This document shows, piece after piece, positions 14,050-27,034 of a stretch of 64,000 nt of DNA. Each line of letters opens with the position of its first letter. Positions within the stretch are counted from its first letter, which is position 1. The stretch lies in assembly GCF_006345805.1 (NCBI RefSeq), contig NC_042998.1, positions 111,042,001 through 111,106,000 on the forward strand, given 5' to 3'. The notes under the pieces were generated by a model that saw only the letters and a program-made list of their open reading frames with translations, did no database searches and was not told the origin of the DNA. A program made the translations under genes and the position numbers. This stretch comes from Octopus sinensis. Taxonomy: Eukaryota.

Positions 14050-15600
14050 GTTTAGCCAATTTCACAATGCACACGTTTAACAAATTTGTTCAAAATCTGC
14101 CCGCTTCCATCCTTCCAGTTCCATCATATTACAGACACAGAGGCCAAGTATCGAACTACCTTCGCATGATACAAATCTACAAACATCGGCCTTATTAATA
14201 TTTCAGCTTTCCATGAACCATCCCACATTCTTATTGATCGCTTCCACCTGTCCCTCTTTAAAAATCATTGCGAACAGGTAACAAGGTGTCCTATTTATTA
14301 AAAAGGCAATTCCTCTGACTTCGTCATCTATCGTCTGATCGCAGGCACTTACAGTAAGAGCAAAGAAATGGACACTAACTAACATGAAGAAACTTGATGA
14401 AAGCAATGTTGCTGCCCTCAACATCAGCAATGCTTTTGACATATCTCACCAACAAATCCGTTTTTAAAATAGTCTACCTTTAGGCTTCAATCGTCTATCC
14501 TCACTTGAATCCCAAGCTTCTGATTACACCGTACAATCGCGGCACGTCTTGACGGAGCTATTTTTGTTCCATACTCAATCACATTTGGCATGCACTTGTG
14601 TTCAGTGTTGTCCTCTCCTTCATTTCCTTATATACATCAATGACGTAGTTGTTATCACACCATCGTCACACAACCTACTCATCTCATACTACATCCACAT
14701 CGATTCTATGAATATAAAGTGTGAAAGTACATCCCGATGGGGATGTTCCAATCTTAATACTTTGAACAGCAGAACATGAAAGTGCTACACGTATGAAGAA
14801 AAGGTTGTCGCACTCTAACCAGGCACAGAATCCGACAAGTGACTTCCCATTGCTTCAAATATTAGGCCTTCGATCACTGCGGTTATCTCCTACAGAAAAC
14901 TCTCCTTAACATCGATAAAACCACATTAGAACAATTGGCTCTTCTCTTCAAGACCAGAAGATACTCCTCACCAAAATTTCTCGGATATCTAGAACAACCT
15001 CCATGATCGTGTCTTTTTTGTAAACGCTGCAGTTGCTCAAGAGAGTCATAAATAGAATCAATCCAGTCTCAGAGGGCTTATGTAGTTTATGAGCAGTGTC
15101 TCTGACTTTGTTCAACTTTTTTTTAAAATGCATGCAGGTATTTATATGCTTCCTCCCGCCACACACACGGATTGTATATCAGTTAGAGATATGTTTAAAC
15201 TGGTGAGAAAACTTGCAGCTTAAGAACGAAGTCTATTGTGATGTAGCTGATATATCTGTCAACCAGCAGTCCATAGATTTTCCCTTGTTCTCTCCCCACC
15301 TAATATACTATCCGCTAGGCATTGACTCCCGAAAATCTTGTAAATAACTAGGATTTGAAATCAGTTTTATTTACAACGAAGCAACTCATCTTTCCGTTAT
15401 TTCGGGAGGTCACCATCAAAATTTCTACCTAACAAATCACACTTATCCTGTTCATATAGAGGGAAATATAAATGTCAACTGCTTCCTGAACACTCAGCAC
15501 TACCACGCATGCTGCAAGATCTCACGACTACATTACTCATAAGTTTGATATGTTATCCACCAGATACGATCACACTACTAACAACCCCACGAGACATTTC
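14050..15600 (+). mobile_element. Highly degenerate CR1/L2/Jockey-like LINE reverse transcriptase relic
   Basis: Broken motifs: KGNSSDFVIYRLI (cf. KKGDxSDPSNYRPI), AALNISNAFD (cf. xxLDISKAFD), FLIYIND. Confidence 0.75.
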
Positions 15601-16065
15601 ATTGTTGATACTGTTTAAAATTCTTCTCAATTCAATATAATTGATAATATTCTCTCCTTTTCCCTATAATATCCCCTATTTGTTTCGTTGTTTTTTTCTC
15701 TTTTAACGATGTTTCTGCAGACATAACGAACTTACGTTGGTCTTGTCCCTCTAATAATCGGTTAACATTAAATCTCTCTACTGATTCTATGAATAATTTT
15801 CTATCAACTTGCCATAAAAGGCATCGGAAATCAATTAATACTTGTAGAGATCTTTGAAATCGTCAACTCTTTGAAAGCATTTTAATACCTCAAATGATCT
15901 CAATTTTTTTCAATACATTAAAATAACCGTAGTGAGAACGAACCAATTATTAAATGCATATTTTCGGCTTTCAAACTGTTTATTCAAAATTCTTCATCTT
16001 TTTGTGGCATAAAAACAATTAAACTTCTTATGAAATAAATTCCCTTTTTCAAACACATACTAACG

Positions 16066-16132
16066 TATGTATGTATGTATGTATGTATGTATGTATGTAT
16101 GTATGTATGTATGTATGTATGTATGTATGTAT
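16066..16132. repeat. (TATG)n microsatellite
   Basis: Directly visible. Confidence 0.97.
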
Positions 16133-16208
16133 GTAGATATGTATGTATATACAGATGTATCCATGTATGCATGTATACACATACATATATATACATATAT
16201 CTCCTTAT

Positions 16209-16250
<42 letters not shown>

Positions 16251-16252
<2 letters not shown>

Positions 16253-16338
16253 CGGGAAATAAGCAAAAGATGAAGGCAGGTGGAATACAAACAAACAATT
16301 GTATTAGTATGGCGCTCAGGAATATAAATAAAACAAGT

Positions 16339-16340
<2 letters not shown>
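16251..16340 (-). mobile_element. Truncated PLE pseudo-LTR (family A), inverted relative to 18375-18476
   Basis: Closely matches the reverse complement of 18375-18476, apart from a short internal deletion. Confidence 0.85.
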
Positions 16341-16381
<41 letters not shown>

Positions 16382-16521
16382 GCTTGTGTGCATGTGTGTT
16401 AATATTAGGTCGGTTAAATTATGATAATAACAGAACAGCAAACATGGTAAAAGTACTTCTAGTGCATTCAAACATATTATACATATCCGGTTGACTGAGA
16501 CATGAAATTTATCTTATACAG

Positions 16522-16587
16522 GCTTATTCCACCACTGGCAAGATACAAAGTGTTGAAATAATTGAACCAAAACAATTTATAAAGATG
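16522..16587 (+). CDS. Putative exon (phase 0->0): AYSTTGKIQSVEIIEPKQFIKM; may instead be terminal (...MVKI*)
   Basis: tttatcttatacag|GCT; donor gtgaaa is weak; in frame with 10546. Confidence 0.45.
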
Positions 16588-16790
16588 GTGAAAATTTGAA
16601 TGTTTATGTATGTGATATGACATTCGAAGTTATTTCACTTCGAAAAGTAGGTGAGGATGAAATTTTAGAATTGCATTCATATGTTTCTCTTGTCTGATAT
16701 TTAGAAAGAGACATGCTTAAATTTTAGCACACTACATAAGGTCTCATTTCAAAATATTTAATTATATTCTGTAATATGTAAAATCCCCAC

Positions 16791-16879
<89 letters not shown>

Positions 16880-17019
16880 TATACACTTAAGCATACACAT
16901 AGACGCACGCACGCACATATCACACACACGCACAAACATACATACATATACACACATATATATACATACAGACACATATACCTATAAAATACATAGTATA
17001 TGTGTGTATACACACGCAG

Positions 17020-17063
<44 letters not shown>

Positions 17064-17149
17064 ACACATATGTATACACACACACACACATATATATATA
17101 CATATATATACACACACACGCACACACATACACACACACACACACACAC

Positions 17150-18474
17150 ACGAGACCTTTTGGTCCATAGCTCCTTCCCTGACCCTACCTCCCAACCCGG
17201 CTCGTTCCCCTGCTCCCGCCCACGTTGCCGCACTTGCCCTTACCTCTCCAACACCACCCGCCTCACTAGCACCCACCATCGACCCTATCCCATCATCCAC
17301 TCCTTCACCTGCACCTCCAGCAATATTATCTATTGCGTCTCTTGCTCTCTCTGCAATTCCTTGTACATCGGACAAACGGGACGCCGCTTGGCTGACCGGT
17401 TCGCGGAACACCTTCGTGACATCCACCTTGTGAACGACACACTGGTCTCACGCCATTTCCGCTCCACCGGTCACTCCTTGCAACACCTATCTGTGTTCGG
17501 TTTGTCCTTACACAGAGGCCATCCGGATTCCCGTTTGCGCCGTGAACAGGAATTAATCTTCTCTCTTCGCTCTTATACGCCATTTGGTCTCAACTCTCCC
17601 CCCCCTCCTCATCTAACCCCCTCTCCCCCTCCTCACCAATCCTTCCCCCCGACCCCTACTTCTTCAGTCCTTCATCCTTTCACCCCTACTCCCCTTCCCT
17701 TCTTCCCTCTTTCTCCCTCCCTCCTTCCCTCTTCCCCTTCCCTCTGCTCCCTCACTCCCCTTCTCTCTCCCCTCCCCCTCTTCTCCTCACTACACCACAC
17801 GACTTTACACATCACATCATATATGATGTGCCATACTAATACATACACCAACTAATACATACTAATACGTACTAATACATACTAATACATACTAATACAT
17901 ACACCAACCCTATACATACACACGTCCACACCCCTCATACGCACTTATACTCTCTCATACACACACACACACACTTATACATACTAATACGTACTAATAC
18001 ATACTAATACATACTAATACATACACCAACCCCATACATACGCCTGTCCAGACCTATCCTACGCACTAATACTCTCTCATACACACACACAGACACACAC
18101 ACCCTTATACATACTAATACATACACCAACCCTATACATACACACGTCCGGACTCCTCCTACGCACTAATAGGTGGTCATTCAACCCTATTATCAACCCT
18201 ATTATCTCCCCTTATTTCGCTCTCGCGTCTCATGTTTGATCTTTGACTTCTGGCCGAAATCAGATCGCCATGTTGATTCGTTAGTTACTGCACGCATTTT
18301 TTTTTCTCTCCTTCTTTCTGTGTTTTTTTCTCTTGTGTATCTTTCTGTTGAAGAGCGTAGGCTCGAAACGTTAAAGACTTGTTTTATTTATATTTCCTGA
18401 GCGCCATACTAATACAATTGTTTGTTTGTTTTCCACCTGCCTTCGTCTTTTGTCTATTTTCATAAAGCTTCCCG

Positions 18475-18476
<2 letters not shown>
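17150..18476 (+). mobile_element. 5'-truncated Penelope-like retroelement with uninterrupted GIY-YIG endonuclease (~17150-17600), 3' UTR and pseudo-LTR
   Basis: Peptide [10 protein letters not shown]...[40 protein letters not shown]...[21 protein letters not shown] is a classic PLE CCHH plus GIY-YIG domain with no stops. Confidence 0.95.
18340..18377 (+). ncRNA. Minimal type I hammerhead-like motif with variant core CUGUUGA
   Basis: TCTTT-CTGTTGA-A-GAGC-GTAG-GCTC-GAAA-CG-TT-AAAGA: stem I TCTTT/AAAGA, stem II GAGC/GCTC, palindromic AACGTT at stem III. Confidence 0.6.
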
Positions 18477-18533
<57 letters not shown>

Positions 18534-18534
18534 T

Positions 18535-19165
18535 TCACTAGGGAAAGTCAAAAATTATTCGCACACTTACCAAAACTTTCTTTAAGTTAGCCGCACCGAA
18601 TTCAGAGATCGCATGCCAGAAAGTGGTATGCATGCGGTTACGTAACCATCGTTTGACCTTGATGTCTCTAGATTTTTGTGTGTGTGTGTGTGTTTCAGTG
18701 TAAACATGGCCGTTACGCTGGAAGTGTGTACCAAGGAAGAACAAAAATCATTGATCCGATTTCCATGGTCTGAAAGTGTGTCAGGGGCTAAAATTCATCG
18801 GAGGCTTTCAGTAAAATACGTGGACAATGCTTTAGTGCTTAGAAGTGTGTATGAGTGGATTGAGAAGTTTAAAATGAGCCACAGAAGCGTGAAGCATGAA
18901 GAGGGAAGAGGACGTCGATCAATCTCCAGTACTGACGTGATAATTCAAAAAGCTTCAAAGATGTTTTTGGTGAAACCAGCGATTCACCATCGGTGAAGTG
19001 GTATATTCTCTGCAAATTATCCTTGGTGCTGCATACGAAATCATTCACAATAACCTTCCTTCACTTCAGTAAAGTCTATGCGACATGAAGGCCAGAAGGG
19101 AATTACCGATACGCATAAGTGCAAGCGTGTGAAGATCTGTCAAACCTTGTTTGATTGCTACATCG
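18535..19165 (+). mobile_element. Mariner 5' fragment (TIR region plus N-terminal HTH)
   Basis: EEQKSLIRFPWSESVSGAKIHRRL...SVYEWIEKFK...EEGRGRRS matches the mariner HTH consensus. Confidence 0.9.
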
Positions 19166-20120
19166 ATTACGACCTGGTATCTGCTGTTGAGGTATATTTC
19201 TGTTGGGCACACTTCAGGAGCTCCGCAGTATTAGCTGAGATAATGATAATTGATTAAGCAACCAGAAGATGGATTTAGTATTAATCTTAATTTTATACAA
19301 TGACCGTTTCGACCCATGCTGCTACTGTCCCTCATGGTTAGAACACGGTTCAACATGTTATATTGCATTCATTATGTAGTCTGGGTGACCCAGACTCAGT
19401 TGAATAGGGTACGTAAAATTGTGGCACCCAGACTCAGTTCAATAAGGTACTTAGACTTGAGGCACATTGTCAGTTCAGAATAAAATGTACACAACAATTT
19501 TTATGTGAATACCAACCTTGGCACAGACGTACTGGCAGAATGATATTTGGGTAATATATGCAGTCAAACCGAGTATATAATCCGCTCTACAGCTATTCAG
19601 ACATGTACATCTTATTAAATATACAGTTCATAATATACTTCAGAACACTCCAAATTCCGCGGCTTTCCTCAGAACATGTGCTACTGCGATCGAATACTCA
19701 TGTGCTGTGCTAAGCCGTGGAATTAGTTGCTGGAGGTATCTGGGATATTTATATGTATTTATGGTTTTGCGTTTACTTTCCTGTGGGTATGTACAACTGT
19801 CTCATTTACTTCCTGTATGTATGTTCTACTGATGAGGAAATGTCACTGGGCAAATCCCTAAATTAGCTAATCCATATTGTTATTAACTGTCGTTAGCTTG
19901 CTCCCTCGATTTCAACACGTGTGTAAATTTGTGATTTTTAAAGTGGTGAGACGATTTAGCATCTATTTTCAGCATATAGGCTAGAATTTTTTTTTACGCC
20001 CCAATTATGATTTTATTTTTTTATATGCTGACAAAAGATAATTTTTTTTAAAATTCATCTTTTATTATTGCATATATATGTGTGTGTATGTGTGCGCGTG
20101 TGTATATGTATATACATATT

Positions 20121-20155
<35 letters not shown>

Positions 20156-20168
20156 GTATATATTTGTG

Positions 20169-20252
<84 letters not shown>

Positions 20253-20276
20253 TGTGTGTGTGCGTATATATATATA

Positions 20277-20335
<59 letters not shown>

Positions 20336-20344
20336 GGTGTGTGC

Positions 20345-20389
<45 letters not shown>

Positions 20390-21397
20390 TATAAATATAA
20401 TAATAATATAAGGGAATATTCCAAACTTACAGGGAAAAATTCAATTTAGAAATACTAAATCAAATTTCACAAAATATTATATATATAAATTAGAAAAAAA
20501 AAACACCCTTTATCAATTCAATAATGAAAAATTAATTTATACCATTTCGAAAAATTACATATTATAGAAATATGAAATATACGATAAAACATATAACAAT
20601 GATTAAGTAATGTGCAAAAGAGTAAATAAAACGTATGTATGTATAAATGTGTGTATATATATATAAATATATATACTCACATTTATACATACATACATAA
20701 TACATACATATAGATATTCATTACTAAAATGTTACAAACTTACATTAGCATTAATTATTCTGTGCTGGAGTGCTTTATGGCAGCTTATTGACAGATTCAA
20801 AATTTTAAGAACATGTCGGAAGTGTCCACATCAATAATGAATTGAAATCCGGACTAAAATGACAGTAAAAACAACATAAGTCTACAATTCACAGCTTCCA
20901 AAAGTTTTCAATTATTTACATTTTGATTATTCATTTGTAAGCGTAAAGACATTTGCAATCTATACTGGAAAAAAGTCGTACACATAGTATAATGTCTGAG
21001 ATGATATATCATAACAGAATCAGAAACGGAGTGGTAATAAAAATTATACATTCATATATGTTGAGAATACGAATGTTTATAATGTCTAACTCAGATGTGA
21101 GACAGAGGAGATTTTAAATTTTGTTGAAGAAGTTAGTTATAGTAAAATGCTTGTAACAGTCATAACAAGTTGATGGTTCTATACAAGGCAAACGATTTCG
21201 TTTGTTACAAAAACACAAGGCCCACTGGGAGTTTCCACACAGTTTCCTGCTCGTAAGTTCCATTCACAAGGCTTTTGTCAAATTAAGACTACGATAATAA
21301 TAGAATACATTTCCTCCAAACAGTACCTCCATACGTGCAACAAGTAAATTAAATATAGTACTGAAGAAAGTATTTCTATAGTAAATGAAACCAATAG

Positions 21398-21517
21398 ATC
21401 CATGGGGACTCCGTCGACACAATCGAAAAAATGTTTCCGGTAACGTTTTCCACTAGTTTAACAACGTCTTCTGAAAATTATATCACATCTTCACCTCAAA
21501 ATGTTCGAATAGAGAAA
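21398..21517 (+). CDS. Possible exon (phase 0->0): IHGDSVDTIEKMFPVTFSTSLTTSSENYITSSPQNVRIEK
   Basis: Consensus donor AAA|gtaagt and 40 open codons, but the acceptor is purine-rich and weak. Confidence 0.25.
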
Positions 21518-21989
21518 GTAAGTTACATTGTTAGTAGAACATCGAAAAACAGCATGATATCAAGGGCTACAATGTTAGTCACATACCAAACCAATCTCCT
21601 TTAAAGACATATCTATAGCTAAACTCACAACCCGGGACAATAATTATAACAGGACTTCACAGTTAAGGAGCAACACGTAACCATTATGTATCTGTATAGT
21701 TACGTTCTGGGTATGTGTATATACATAAAGCCTAGTCATACTATCTCTCTCTCCTGCTGTCTGTTCCTAAATATATGTCTATATCTATTCATAATTTCTT
21801 CCCTCTCTTTATGTGTGTGTGTGTGTTTGTTTGTTTGTGTGTCTGTGTGTGTGTGCATTTTAATTAATTTTTAGGTGTTAACATTTTCGATGTGACCGTA
21901 GATTGTCACAAACTTTCACTGTGTGTGGTATTATATGAGTCAACAGTTTGGTGAAGTGCGGTAAAAACTGTGAAAAGCTTATGTAGCAA

Positions 21990-22330
21990 GCATGCTGAGG
22001 TATCTAAAAAGCTCGCTTTGCAAATTTGGGATTTCGCATTCAGTTCCACTCTGCAGTACCTTGGGCAAGTGTCTTCTACAATAGCCCCGGCCGACTAATG
22101 CCTTGTAAAGTAATTTCGTAGTCAGAAACTGGATGGAAGCCTGTTGTATATGTGTATTAAGTGTTTGTTGTATTTGTTACCACTGTTGCTGTACGACTGG
22201 TGCTAGTAGATATATATGCCAGATTTAAAAAATAATATAGGTACTGGATTCGATTTGTTCGACTAAAAACTTAACGATTGTGATCCGGCATGGATGTAGA
22301 CCAATGGCTGAAGCAAGAAAAAGATATTTA
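21990..22330 (+). mobile_element. Old, diverged family-1-like SINE
   Basis: CCTTGGGCAAGTGTCTTCTAC...GGCCGAC core and GATTCGATTTGTTCGACTAAA tail motifs. Confidence 0.7.
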
Positions 22331-22601
22331 TTTTCTTTTGATTTGTTTTATGTGCTAAAACAACTTCTGCGATGTTTAAGTTTCTATTATCCTTCTCAGA
22401 TGAAGTCACGTGACAAAAATTAAAACTGTGTATGTGTGTGAGCGCTCACGTGCAGTTATTTCTATACTAAAAATAAGCTGACTACAATGGAGTGCAATGG
22501 GCACTGAATACAAAAGTTTCCACCCTGAAACTCTATCAATATAAAATTATTATTAAGCTGATCAGGTCCAGGATTATAATACATATCATCTTATATATTT
22601 C

Positions 22602-22794
22602 GGGCGTAGAATGGCTGTGTGGTAAGTAGCTTGCTTACCAACCACATGTTTCGGGTTCAGTACCACTGCGTGGCTACTATAGCCTCGGGCCGACCAAAGC
22701 TTTGTGAGACGGAAACTGAAAGAAGCCCGTCGCATATATGTATGTGTATATATATATATTATATATATATATATTATATATATATAATATATAT

Positions 22795-22828
<34 letters not shown>

Positions 22829-22832
22829 ATAT

Positions 22833-22886
<54 letters not shown>

Positions 22887-22995
22887 CACCCCACATTACT
22901 GTATTGTTAAAACAGTATAGTTTTTTTTTGGTGCATCTAAGTTAGGTACCATATTCAAGTAAATTCATTTAAATTAACTTGAATCTTTATTGCTT

Positions 22996-23061
<66 letters not shown>

Positions 23062-23290
23062 GTATGCATGTGTGAATGTGTTTGTGTATCTGTGTTTGTC
23101 CCCCCAACATCGCTTCGCAACCGATGCTGGTAAGTTTACGTTCCTGTAACTTAGCGATTCGGCAAAAGAGACCGATTGAATAAGTACTAGACTTAGAATG
23201 AATAAGTCCTGGAGTCGATTTGCTTGACTAAAGGCGGTGCTCCAGCCTGGCCACAGTCAAATGACCGACACAAGTAAAAGAGTAAAAGTA
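22602..23290 (+). mobile_element. Family 1 composite SINE with expanded internal microsatellite and a ~110 bp insert
   Basis: Head 22602-22735 and tail 23090-23290 match the other copies. Confidence 0.9.
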
Positions 23291-24634
23291 TAAAGAGTAT
23301 CTCAACTAAGAAATTATTAAATCGACCTGAGGAGAGTTTGAGCAAGTTTTGCCTATCAATATGCGTTTGAAGCTGATAATATGATAGAAAAATAATTTGA
23401 ATACAAAATGGTAGTGGAAAACTGCGTAATGAACAAGGTATAAGAAAGGAGGAAAATGGATCGATGAGAAATCAGATGGTGTGGAACACGAACAAGTTTA
23501 TTTCATTGATAACGCGAATTGCTTAAGAGAACGGTTAGGTTCGAAGAAATATGTGAAATAGAGTGTAGTCTTACATTTAAGCATTTCGTGGAATTTTCTA
23601 ATTGAAAAGAAATCCCTTGGAAAGGGTAACAAGTCACACTAACCAAATCCAACTGATGCATCAGTTAAAGATTTTGGTATATACAAGCGTTTTTAAAGCG
23701 TGGAGATTAAAAAAGGAACACTGGAGAACAATATTTCATACGATTCACATCTGCAATGTCAATAGGGCATGTTTGGAATGAGAATAAATTTGGCCAAAGA
23801 TTATTCTCTGTTTGTTTTCATATTTCTTATCTGATTTAATAATCTATTTTTTTTCTCAAATTTACAAAATTTTGCTGGATAAGATATCCAAATTAAAAGG
23901 ATTTATTGGATAGTCCTTTAATCGTCGGACTGTGGTCACTTTCGAATACCGCCATCAGCCACTAGTCATTGATAGGGATGCAAATACTTCTGTCAGCTTC
24001 CTCTTTATCGTTCTGTATTTGAAAATCAGTGAAGTCGCATACAAGATGCTAAAATTAATGACAAACTTCACTTTTACACCTATACATGTGTGTCGATGTG
24101 TGTGTTTGTATGTGCGTGTAAATAGACATCTGTGCATGTATGTATGCGTGTGTCTGTGTAACATCAGCAAACCTAAAATAAAATGAAATCAGACAATGTC
24201 TGGAATAGAGAAAAAAATAAATTACCGCAACTTACGAAACATAAATAGGTTTCAGTTGCTATACTTTGATGCAAACAAGTTTTAAAGCTTAACTTAGAGT
24301 ATTAATCAACGAAATTTGCATATGCGAATATTTTGTCAGATTATTTTTTAAATTACAGAGAAACTGTTTTTTAGTACAACCGGGAGAAAATCAATCAACC
24401 AAGTAAATAATTTAAATAGTAACTCTCTTGAAGAGGTGTTCCTCTATTTTGAAATGTTACTGATCTGATAGATCTGAAAAATACAAATTTCATCATTGAT
24501 GTTGGGTTCAGGAAAAGGTTGATTTAATACTCTATGAAGATATCCTACGTAATTCGTTCATAATGATCTCACAGATATTTTCAACGTATTTTCATTTATC
24601 TCTCTATCTCTCGTTCTCCGGTTCTCTCTTCCTA

Positions 24635-24740
24635 CACACATACATTCATACATACATGCATACATACATACATACATACATACATACATACATACATACA
24701 TACATACATACATACATACATACATACATACATACATACA
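24635..24740. repeat. (CATA)n microsatellite
   Basis: Directly visible. Confidence 0.97.
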
Positions 24741-25020
24741 TCAAGAAGCCTTGGATCTAGGTTAGTAACCGACTCTTTCCCTATTAGCAAAACATGTTGA
24801 AATAAAACTCAATATTGACATACGTACATACATACATATATATAAAGAAAGAGGGAGAGGGGAGAGAGAGGAGGAGAAGGGAGAGAGATATGGAGAGGGA
24901 GAGATATGGAGAGGGATAGAGGGAGAGAAAGGATGAGAAAGGAGTGGGAGAGGGAGAGGGGAGAGAGAGACGGAAAGGGAGGGAGAGAGGAGAGAGAGAG
25001 TGAAAAGATAAGAAATAGAG

Positions 25021-26494
25021 CAATAATTAACAATGAGAAGTGGATCATTGGTGTTTAAAAGTCACTATTTAATTACATTTGTAATATTTACAGCTGTTTC
25101 TGTTTATCAAATTGGAGTACATTTACATTTACCTCGTTACATTTAATAAACACCTTCAGAATGATTGGAGGGAAAAGAAAGGCAAAGAAAGAAAAAGAAA
25201 AAAGAGTTCGTTAAAGCTAAAGGCTTACATTTTAGCGACTTGTATATTTCCACGCATTAGCAGATTCCTTCATTGGATGCGTGTGTCAGTAAGTAGAGAC
25301 ACTGGCTATTTGACCGGCAGTGTTGACCGAAGGAGATATACCTGGTGGGATTAATCGGTGTTGCTATTAGTAATAAGTAACGCTAAATTGTGGCTTCTAA
25401 GTTAATCCCTGTAATTTCAAAGAAGCTCTTGTATAAAACTAAAGATGTTATTTAAAATTTGTACGATATAGTGTATACAAATGAGCTATGTGAAGGAATA
25501 GTAAAAAGAGTTGAAGAGTACATGAAAATCATTAAAATCAATAGAAAATTTGTAATTTGAGTCAGTAGTCTAGCTATCAACACAGAAACACATATAGTAC
25601 GGAAAAACTTACAGTACGCGTCGAACTTTCCCCAGTTTCTGCCTAACAAATATATTTCGGAGCTTTGGTTGGCGCTCAGGGTTATAGCAGAGGAACGGAA
25701 GTGAAGATTTTGTGGTTGGAAAGGAAGCTTCTTAACTACACAGCTGCTCATTAATTTAATATTCTTCTTGACACAATCTCACATCATTGTTGGCGTCGAG
25801 TGGACATAATCGTTATCTTGCCGGACAATGCTGAACGGCGTTTCGTCTATCTTTATGTTCTGAATTCTAATTCTGTCGAGATCGACTTTGTGTTTCATTC
25901 ATCCGGAGTCGATGTATGCGACTTACTCATTCCCCAAAATTTCAGGCCTTGTGCAGATGTCGGAGTTTCGAATGACACCTGCATTATTAGACTTTAATAA
26001 TCTATGTGGCTGCAGAGTTATAAATACTTGTGAATTCTAAAATAAATTTAAAACTAAAAACGCCATCTACCAATATGATGTACTCGCAAATAATTGCAAG
26101 AAAACTTATATTGGAGCAGCAAAAAATAAAATGAAACTTAGATATTATTTCCATCGCGCTAGTTTCAGAAACAGAAGTAAAGTGAACTTTACCGAACTAA
26201 GTAGTTACATTTGGAAACTCAAAAGAACTTTGATTATAGATTAGAATGGCGTATCCTAGGCAAAACTTCTTCATATAACATTAATAATAATAAGCCTTTA
26301 GCTTTAACGAACTCTTTTCCTTCCCTTTTTTGTCTTTGCTTTTCTTTTCGCACTAATCATTCTGTAGGTATATATTAAATGTAACGAGGTAAATATAAAT
26401 GTACTCCAATTTGTTAAACAGCTGTAAATGTTCCAAATTCAATTAAATAATGACTTTTAAACACCAATGATCCACTTCTCATTGTTAATTATTG
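25021..26494 (+). mobile_element. Degenerate PLE: GIY-YIG remnant (~26050-26290) between ~205 bp inverted arms
   Basis: AIYQYDVLANNCKKTYIGAAKNKMKLRYYFHRASF...TELSSYIWKLK...WRILGK; arms at 25021-25227 and 26291-26494 are reverse complements. Confidence 0.8.
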
Positions 26495-26900
26495 CGCCAT
26501 TTATCTTCTCTCTATATATTAAACCACGGTATTAAATTTAAATTACTGACTACCCTATTCATTGTAACGAGAACTATACATAGGGAAGTAATACATCAGG
26601 AGTGCCTACGGATACCTCTATCCCTTAGATGATTGCATAATTTCCAACTTATAACTTGTTATAAATATATATGTAGCATTCAGACAATAGCTTAACTGGC
26701 AGAAACTTCGAAGTCATTGTCAAGAACATTCTTGTTTCAGAATAAACTTCTAAACTAAAAATGTATAGAGTAAACCCCAGAGTAAGGTAAAGTTGCTTTT
26801 AGTATAACAAAATACTCACACACATACACGCAAACACATATACACCAACACAGATACATATACATACAGACACAGACACAGACACACACACACACACACA

Positions 26901-26957
<57 letters not shown>

Positions 26958-27002
26958 ATATCGATATATGGGTATATATATATATATAATATATATGTAT
27001 AC

Positions 27003-27034
<32 letters not shown>

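Noticed and set aside
17004-17855. 283 aa ORF as a host gene
   Set aside because: The start is a microsatellite, the middle is a PLE endonuclease and the end is a low-complexity 3' UTR.
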